From: an uncultured delta proteobacterium
Lineage (GTDB): Bacteria > Desulfobacterota > Binatia > UBA9968
DNA: 64,000 bases
NCBI GenBank assembly: GCA_963804165.1
Contig: CAWDPO010000008.1
Location: 61,067 to 125,066, forward strand
Direction of reading: 5' to 3'
Positions 57,875-64,000 of this stretch are shown one piece after another. Below the pieces are notes generated by a model, which saw only the letters and a program-made list of their open reading frames with translations, was not told where the DNA came from and did not search any database. Both the position numbers and the translations under genes were made by a program. Position 1 is the first letter of the stretch; the number at the start of each line of letters is the position of its first letter.

Positions 57875-59366
57875 ATGACGCACGTCCCTAACCACCCCGC
57901 CGCCGCGCGATTCGCCTTCGACAATACCTATGCGCGCGAACTCGAGGGCTTCTACGTGCCCTGGAAGGCGGCGCAAGTGGCGCGGCCTAGCTTGGTCAAG
58001 CTCAACCGTGAGTTGGCTGAAGAATTGGGGCTTGAATGCCGGTGCTCTCGATTCCGATGGAGGCGCGAGGATCTTTGCCGGTACTGAGATACCCGAGGGA
58101 GCGCTGCCATTGGCCCAAGCGTACGCCGGCCACCAGTTCGGTGGCTTCGCGCCCCAACTTGGCGACGGCCGGGCGCTGCTCTTGGGCGAGGTGATCGACC
58201 GCAACGGACGTCGTCGTGACATTCAGCTCAAAGGCTCGGGTCCCACTCCCTTTTCGCGCAACGGCGACGGCCGGGCAGCGCTCGGTCCCGTGCTGCGTGA
58301 ATACCTGATCGGCGAAGCGATGCACGCGCTCGGGATCCCAACGACCCGGGCGCTTGCCGCAGTCGTTACTGGCGAGCCTGTCTTTCGCGAGGAGGGTGCG
58401 CTGCCGGGCGCCGTTTTGACGCGGGTTGCTGCCAGCCACATCCGTGTCGGCACCTTCCAATTGTTCGCCTCCCGCGGTGAGCAGGCCAAGGTGCGTCGCC
58501 TGGCCGATTACGTCATCGATCGTCACTACCCTGACCTGGAGGGCCACGCGAACCCCTACGTGGGATTGCTCGAGCGCGTGTGCGACAGCCAAGCAGCGCT
58601 CATTGCCAGCTGGATGCACGTGGGCTTCATCCATGGCGTGATGAACACCGACAATATGGCGATCTCCGGTGAGACGATCGACTACGGCCCATGCGCCTTC
58701 ATGGATCATTATGATCCGGCGACAGTCTTCAGCTCCATCGACACTCGGGGTCGCTATGCCTACGCCAATCAGCCCAGGATCGCGCATTGGAACCTTGCGC
58801 GGTTTGCGGAGACGCTGGTCCCGCTGATCGATGCCGATGAAAAGCGCGCCATCGCGCACGCCACCGGAGTGATCAATGCCTTTCCAGAACAATACGAACG
58901 CCACTGGCTGAAGGGCATGCGCGCCAAGCTCGGGCTGGTCAGTGAGGACGAGGCCGATCTCAACCTCGCCACCGGTTTGCTCGCCGCAATGGATGGCAAG
59001 AACGTCGACTACACGTTGGCTTTCCGCTACCTTGCCGATGCGGCCTTGGGCGAGGAGCAACCAATTCGCGCGCTGTTTGCCGATCCGTCGGCCTACGATC
59101 TCTGGAGTGGACACTGGCGCGCGCGCCTTGCGCGCGAGGCGGTGGCGCCTTTGGCGCGCGCGCAGGCGATGCGGCGTGTTAATCCCGCGTTCATTCCGCG
59201 CAATCATCGAGTCGAAGAAGCCTTGAGCGCTGCAGTGGAGCGCGACGATTACGCGCCTTTCGAGACGCTGCTGAATATCCTATCGCACCCGTTCGACGAT
59301 CAGCTGGAGTTTGCCGCCTTTGCCGAACCTGCGCCGGAAGGGCGTGAGCGCTACCAAACCTTCTGA
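57875..59366 (+). pseudogene. selO: protein adenylyltransferase SelO (YdiU/UPF0061), single +1 frame break at ~58034
   Basis: ORF 57875-58087 gives ..[11 protein letters not shown]. Skipping one g joins [35 protein letters not shown] of ORF 57930-59366. Confidence 0.85.
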
Positions 59367-59534
59367 GGCACCTGAGTCACGCGTCCGGGCGACGCAAAAT
59401 TTCACGAGCTTCACCAGCAAGAACGCTTTCCGTTTGCGACCAACTAGTGTCCCGGCCCAGAAGTTCGCAAAACAAGTCGGAGGTCACATCGTCGTGCCGT
59501 CGAAAGCCAGCAGGCATCCAGGTTCGCGATTTTT

Positions 59535-59590
59535 CTGGATTCCGGGTCGCGCTACCCCGGACTGTGATCCGGGGTTGCCCGGAATGACGG
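59535..59590. repeat. second copy (opposite orientation, partial) of the GTCATTCC/GGAATGAC element
   Basis: CTGGATTCCGGGTCGC..GGGGTTGCCCGGAATGAC. The 18-mer at 59571-59588 is the exact reverse complement of 56679-56696. Confidence 0.65.
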
Positions 59591-59829
59591 ATGAATTATG
59601 TAGCGAACTTCTAAGTCGGCACATTATCCTCACGACAACCCGGACGGACAGATAAAGGTCAAAGCCATGGCGCTTCTCAACTCTTAGAAATTCGGGGAAG
59701 GTGTTAGCGACAATCGCCGTAATCAATTGTCTCAAGAGAAAAGCGTCAACAAAATACCAAACTCAAAGATTTGACACTACTTGCTATCAGTAGATGCTCC
59801 TGGACCGGAGCGTTTCACTATTGACTGGC

Positions 59830-59847
59830 GTTCGCAATAATGCGAAC
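59830..59847. promoter_or_regulatory. perfect palindrome, likely antitoxin operator
   Basis: GTTCGCA-ATAA-TGCGAAC, located between a TTGACT -35-like hexamer (59821) and the toxin ATG (59864). Confidence 0.45.
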
Positions 59848-59863
59848 ATAACTTTCTGAGACT

Positions 59864-60229
59864 ATGCCAAAGACAACCGTTGTCTTTTACCAAGATGACC
59901 CGGACACGGTCCCGGTGCTCGATTGGTTAGATTCGCTGCCTATGAAAGCTCTGGACAAATGTCGGGTTCGAATCGAACGGTTGCGTGATTTGGGTCATGA
60001 ACTTCGACGCCCAGAGGCCGACTTCTTACGAGATGGGATTTATGAACTACGGGTTCGACTCAGAACCACGAATTATCGAATGCTATACTTCTTCCATGGT
60101 CGGATTGCAGCGGTACTGGCGCACGGTCTGGTAAAAGAAAGTGAAGTACCTCAACACGATATTGAGCTAGCGATCCGAAGAAAATTGAATTTTGAACTCG
60201 ACCCGGATCGATACACGTACAAGGAGTAG
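59864..60229 (+). CDS. type II toxin, Gp49/HigB-like (RelE/ParE superfamily)
   Basis: 121 aa. VLDWLDSLPMKALDKCRVRIERL..GIYELRV..YRMLYFFHG pattern of phage Gp49-like killer proteins. Upstream of an HTH gene with a 5-nt gap. Confidence 0.7.
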   Translation: MPKTTVVFYQDDPDTVPVLDWLDSLPMKALDKCRVRIERLRDLGHELRRPEADFLRDGIYELRVRLRTTNYRMLYFFHGRIAAVLAHGLVKESEVPQHDIELAIRRKLNFELDPDRYTYKE

Positions 60230-60234
60230 AAATC

Positions 60235-60567
60235 ATGGCAAAAACAAAGAGGAAAGCGACAGCGGATGCCGTTGAAATTCTCCACCGTCGCTATTATGCA
60301 GGCAAGCCGCGCCGACTCGCGGCTTTGGAGCAAGCACGATCGAACGACCACGTCGCTCGAAAGCTAACCGCACTGAGAATTGCGAACCGGCTAAGCCAAC
60401 GTCAATTGGCACAACTCATCGGAACCACAGCGTCAGTCATTTGTCGTCTCGAAGACGCCAGCTACGAGGGTCATTCCCTGGCGATGCTCAACCGAATCGC
60501 CGCGGCGCTAAATCAGCGCGTCGAGATTCGTTTTGTGCCGGCAGAACGACGCTTGCGCTCCGCATGA
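60235..60567 (+). CDS. XRE-family HTH antitoxin (HigA-like)
   Basis: HTH LSQRQLAQLIGTTASVICRLE. 110 aa. Operon partner of the toxin. Confidence 0.7.
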   Translation: MAKTKRKATADAVEILHRRYYAGKPRRLAALEQARSNDHVARKLTALRIANRLSQRQLAQLIGTTASVICRLEDASYEGHSLAMLNRIAAALNQRVEIRFVPAERRLRSA

Positions 60568-60619
60568 TTCCAACCGACTGGACAGGCGCCAATATTTAAA
60601 GGAACCAGATCGACTCGGC

Positions 60620-61378
60620 ATGGCGCAAAAATTTTACGTGGTATGGTCAGGACGGCAGACCGGCGTATTTACGGATTGGGCGACCGCTCAGCGGGCCGTA
60701 ACCGGATACGCCGGCGCGCGCTTCAAGGCCTTCCCGACCCGCTCGGAAGCGGAGGAGGCGTTTGCTCGTGGCGGCGCCGGAAGCATTTCGGCCAAAACTC
60801 CGAGCGCGCTAAAAACACGGGCAGCCGACAGCGAACGCGCCGCGAGGCATACCGCTCATCAGTTCGATGTCAGCATTTATTGCGACGGCGCCTGTGAACC
60901 CAACCCCGGCAATGCCGGCTCTGGCATCGTGGTGTATCGAGCCGGTAAACTTGCGGAATTGTGGTACGGCCTGTACCACCCCAGGGGAACCAACAACACC
61001 GCCGAACTGAACGCGCTCTATCACGCCTTGCGCATGGCCGAAGCGGAAATCAAAACCGGCAACACCGTCGAGGTGTGCAGCGACTCGGCGTACGCGATCA
61101 ACTGCATTCGCAGCTGGGCGCCGAGCTGGGAAAAGAAAGGCTGGAAAAAACCCGGCGGCGAGATCAAGAACCTGGAAATCATCCAGGACTGCTACGCGAT
61201 CTACCGACGTATTAAAAAAGAATTGACCCTCACCCACGTCGCCGCCCACGTCGGCACCGAAGGCAACGAGCTCGCCGACCGCATGGCCATGCTCGCCGTG
61301 CAGCGTAAAGAAAAAAAACTGTGTCTGTATCTGGAAACGATGGACATTCCGACCCTGCTCAAGATGCGTGCGGGGTGA
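60620..61378 (+). CDS. rnhA: ribonuclease HI with an N-terminal hybrid-binding (HBD / viroplasmin-like) domain
   Basis: FYVVWSGRQTGVFTDWATAQRAVTGYAGARFKAFPTRSEAEEAF forms the HBD. The RNase H DEDD contexts follow: YCDGAC, TNNTAELNAL, CSDSAY and NELADRMA. Confidence 0.85.
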   Translation: MAQKFYVVWSGRQTGVFTDWATAQRAVTGYAGARFKAFPTRSEAEEAFARGGAGSISAKTPSALKTRAADSERAARHTAHQFDVSIYCDGACEPNPGNAGSGIVVYRAGKLAELWYGLYHPRGTNNTAELNALYHALRMAEAEIKTGNTVEVCSDSAYAINCIRSWAPSWEKKGWKKPGGEIKNLEIIQDCYAIYRRIKKELTLTHVAAHVGTEGNELADRMAMLAVQRKEKKLCLYLETMDIPTLLKMRAG

Positions 61379-61399
61379 GCGCCTCAAAACCCACCGATC

Positions 61400-61540
61400 G
61401 AACGACTTGAACAGTTTGAACGAACGGAACCGCTGGACTCAAACGGCTTGAACGGAGCGAATCCTTCGACAAGCTGGATGAGCGAAGTTCGAGCTGCTCA
61501 TGGTGAGCTCTGGTCGAACCATTTGAACGATTTGAACGCT
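61400..61540. repeat. intergenic TTGAAC-repeat patch
   Basis: Five TTGAAC units (61406, 61415, 61448, 61523, 61532) flank a ttcgacaagctggatgagcgaagttcgagctgctcatggtgagctc core. Confidence 0.55.
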
Positions 61541-61577
61541 CGATGTCGTCTGTGCGATCCGCCCACGCCTACAATTT

Positions 61578-62678
61578 CTACTTCAACGAAGCCATATCGA
61601 TGACAAAGCGGTATTTCACATCACTTTTGAGGAGACGCTCGTAGGCTTCGTTGATCTGCTCAACCCGGATCACTTCCACGTCCGAGGTGATATTGTGCTC
61701 GGCACAGAAGTCGAGCATCTCCTGGGTCTCGCGGGTGCCACCAATGCTGGAGCCAGCGATCTGCCGCCGCTTCGGCAGCAGGCCAAAGATTTCGATCGGC
61801 AGCGGTTTTTCCGGCGCACCGACCATGGTCAGTGTGCCGTCGCGCTTCAACAACTCGAGATAGGCGTTTAAATCGTGCTCCGCCGAAACCGTATCCAAGA
61901 TAAAGTCAAAGCTCAGCCCATGTTTCTTCATCTCCGCGGCATTTTTTGACACCACGACTTCGTGCGCGCCAAGCCGCCGCCCGTCTTCGATCTTGTTCGG
62001 CGAAGTCGTGAAGAGCACGACTTCCGCGCCGAAAGCGTTTGCGAACTTCACTCCCATGTGACCCAACCCGCCGAGTCCCACGATGCCGACCTTCTGGCCT
62101 TTGCCGACCTTCCAGTGGCGTAGCGGCGAGTATGTCGTGATACCGGCGCACAGCAGCGGCGCCGTCCCGGCGAGATCCAATTTCTCCGAAGCCCGCAAGA
62201 CAAACGCTTCATCGACCACGACGCTCTCGGAATACCCTCCATAAGTTACACCGCCCAGGTGTTTGTCTTCCCCATTGTAGGTGAGCGTGGGAAAGCTATC
62301 GCAATACTGCTCTTCACCGGCGCGGCATGAGGCGCACGCGCGGCAGGAGTCCACCATGCAGCCGACCGCGGCGAGGTCGCCGGCTTTCAACTTCGTTACT
62401 GCACTCCCGGTTTTAACGACCCGGCCGACAATCTCGTGGCCCGGGACGCACGGATAAGTTGTCGGCATCGCTTTCTGCCACTCGTTGCGCACCTGGTGCA
62501 AATCCGAATGACACACCCCGCAGTACAAAATGTCGATCTGCACATCCTGCGGTCCGGGGATGCGGCGCCGAATTGTCAATGGCGCCAGACCTGACGTGGG
62601 ACTTTGAGCCGCAAAAGCTTTTGCCGTTTGGGAAACGCCTTTTTCCTGCTGCGCGCTTTGTGGAGTCGCTCCGCTCAT
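61578..62678 (-). CDS. zinc-dependent NAD(P) alcohol dehydrogenase (cinnamyl-ADH / YahK-like)
   Basis: GVCHSDLH, GHEIVG, the structural Zn Cys cluster CRACASCRAGEEQYC, and GLGGLGH. Confidence 0.85.
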   Translation of the reverse strand: MSGATPQSAQQEKGVSQTAKAFAAQSPTSGLAPLTIRRRIPGPQDVQIDILYCGVCHSDLHQVRNEWQKAMPTTYPCVPGHEIVGRVVKTGSAVTKLKAGDLAAVGCMVDSCRACASCRAGEEQYCDSFPTLTYNGEDKHLGGVTYGGYSESVVVDEAFVLRASEKLDLAGTAPLLCAGITTYSPLRHWKVGKGQKVGIVGLGGLGHMGVKFANAFGAEVVLFTTSPNKIEDGRRLGAHEVVVSKNAAEMKKHGLSFDFILDTVSAEHDLNAYLELLKRDGTLTMVGAPEKPLPIEIFGLLPKRRQIAGSSIGGTRETQEMLDFCAEHNITSDVEVIRVEQINEAYERLLKSDVKYRFVIDMASLK

Positions 62679-63029
62679 ATCGGTATCCCTCCTAATACTT
62701 GATTATTGGATTCGAAAGTCGCAAGAGAAGTGCCGGACGGTGTCGATATCCACAATATTATATCGTTAGATTCAGATAGCTAGAGACTTCTGTTATTTGA
62801 TCCGGCCTGGAATAGCGAAGATTGATGACAGAATGTCGACGGCTGCCGAAATGTCCCCGCGCGCTTGTTGGGTACTCATGATCATCTCAGATGGAAGCCG
62901 ACCTTTCGATGTGTGCAGCGACTCGGCCTACTCCATCACTGCAGTTCGCAGTTGGGCATGGCGATCAATCTAGACTTTAATCGATTCATAACGTAGTAAA
63001 TTTCATGCGCGAAGAAGGAGAATAGGCTC

Positions 63030-63860
63030 ATGCGTTGGGAAGTCGCGGCACGCAGCATCGCTTCGATAGTCGAATCTCCGCAATTCCGCCACACCGTAAC
63101 GGCCCTGATCTTGGTCAATGCGATCGTCGTCGGCCTGGACACTTACCCCGAGGTCAGAGCCGTTTATGGGGATGTCCTTCAAACCGCTGACCGTATTGTT
63201 CTGTACCTGTTCACAGCGGAGCTGGCGCTGCGCTTTCTTGGAGCCAGTCCACCGCCGGCGTTTTTTCGCAGCGGCTGGAACATCTTCGATCTTGTTATCG
63301 TCGCGCTCGGCTTTCTGCCCGCATCGGAATTTTTCACGGTCGCGCGCCTGTTCCGCATCATCCGCGTGCTGCGGGCCATCAGCGTCATCCCTGATCTGCA
63401 AAAAGTCGTCGCCGCCTTGCTGCCTAGCCTGCCGTCGTTGGGTCACATCGCAGCCTTGCTTGGGCTTCTGATCTATGTTTACGGCGCCATCGGCACGTCG
63501 TTGTTCGGGGCCTTTGCACCTCGATACTTCGGCACCCTGCATCAAAGCGTGCTCACACTATTTGGCGTGATTACCCTTGAGGGCTGGGTGACCGTGATGG
63601 ACGAAGTGCTGCCGCACATGCCCGCGGCGTGGATCTATTTTGTGACGTTTATTCTGCTCGGCACTTTCGTCGCTCTCAATTTTTTTGTCGGCGTCATCGT
63701 CAACAACCTTCAGTCGGTGGCGACCGACGAGGTCAATGACTTAGCTGAGATCCGTAAAGCCCTGGCGCGCCTGGAAGCCCACCTGCAGACCGAGCCAAGC
63801 GATGAAAAACTTAACGATCGCCGCGTCGTGAATGTCCGGACGATAGAAAGCGCCTCTTGA
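63030..63860 (+). CDS. voltage-gated ion channel, single-domain BacNaV (NaChBac-like)
   Basis: S4 with Arg every third residue (RLFRIIRVLRAI). Pore LFGVITLEGWVTVM fits the FxxxTxExW BacNaV filter. 6 TM, and a C-terminal coiled-coil-like tail. Confidence 0.8.
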   Translation: MRWEVAARSIASIVESPQFRHTVTALILVNAIVVGLDTYPEVRAVYGDVLQTADRIVLYLFTAELALRFLGASPPPAFFRSGWNIFDLVIVALGFLPASEFFTVARLFRIIRVLRAISVIPDLQKVVAALLPSLPSLGHIAALLGLLIYVYGAIGTSLFGAFAPRYFGTLHQSVLTLFGVITLEGWVTVMDEVLPHMPAAWIYFVTFILLGTFVALNFFVGVIVNNLQSVATDEVNDLAEIRKALARLEAHLQTEPSDEKLNDRRVVNVRTIESAS

Positions 63861-64000
63861 GGTGTGCGGTCCGACTCGCACAACAGGTCGAGCTTCTTGA
63901 CGAGCGCCGCTGCGTAGCGTAACTTCAGTTGACCAGAATTTTGGTCGAGTCGTCGAAGGACCGCTAGCATGTCCAAAACGATCCCTATCTCAGAGGTGAA

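Noticed and set aside
58002-59207. 401-aa antisense ORF opposite selO.
   Set aside because: Shadow ORF of a GC-rich conserved gene. The composition is not protein-like (Arg/Gly/Ala-rich), and the SelO frame explains the region.
63710-63976. 88-aa minus-strand ORF at the window end, overlapping the BacNaV gene by ~150 bp.
   Set aside because: The overlap with a well-supported gene is large, and I recognise no family. Only the first ~38 codons are outside the channel gene. It could be the start of a real gene read in another frame, but that is not supportable here.

Overview
This window reads as a chromosomal segment from a moderately GC-rich, probably uncultivated Gram-negative-type bacterium. 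I see about 55 protein genes and no rRNA, tRNA or CRISPR array.

Gene content in order:
- A fatty-acid hydroxylase fragment and an amidohydrolase-2 gene.
- An ECF sigma / anti-sigma / DUF3106 operon, next to a cluster of secreted and lipoprotein genes.
- An F420 operon on the minus strand (cofG-cofD-cofC-cofE-npdG).
- An ISNCY/IS1202-like insertion sequence with ~55-bp inverted repeats and a 16-17 bp target duplication, sitting in the divergent promoter region beside cofG.
- Several catabolic blocks: amidohydrolase-2 (5 copies), NMT1-type binding proteins, a maleate-isomerase-like gene, two tandem CaiB-type CoA-transferases, MmgE/PrpD, an ADP-forming acyl-CoA synthetase, a MetE-like gene and a LigI-like gene.
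- Housekeeping genes: recD2, a CNNM/CBS transporter, hisC, clpB, dinB, hemE-hemH-hemY, selO and rnhA with a hybrid-binding domain.
- A HigB/HigA-like toxin-antitoxin pair, a Zn alcohol dehydrogenase and a BacNaV-type channel.

The most unusual locus is 23.5-29.3 kb. It holds a ~1,330-aa protein that is almost entirely coiled coil, with a recent 351-bp internal tandem duplication. Two single-domain KaiC/RecA-like ATPases follow it, and a sigma-54-like promoter may drive the set. I cannot assign this module to any named system.

Other notable points:
- A prokaryotic iGluR-like binding-protein/channel fusion with a non-K+-type pore.
- A shared ECF-type promoter motif upstream of the sigma gene and of a 36-aa His/Tyr-rich mini-lipoprotein gene.
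- Several families of short intergenic repeats.

Many otherwise well-conserved genes are broken by single-nucleotide indels, and these are extremely dense at 32.4-36.4 kb. From sequence alone I cannot tell whether these are assembly errors or true pseudogenes.
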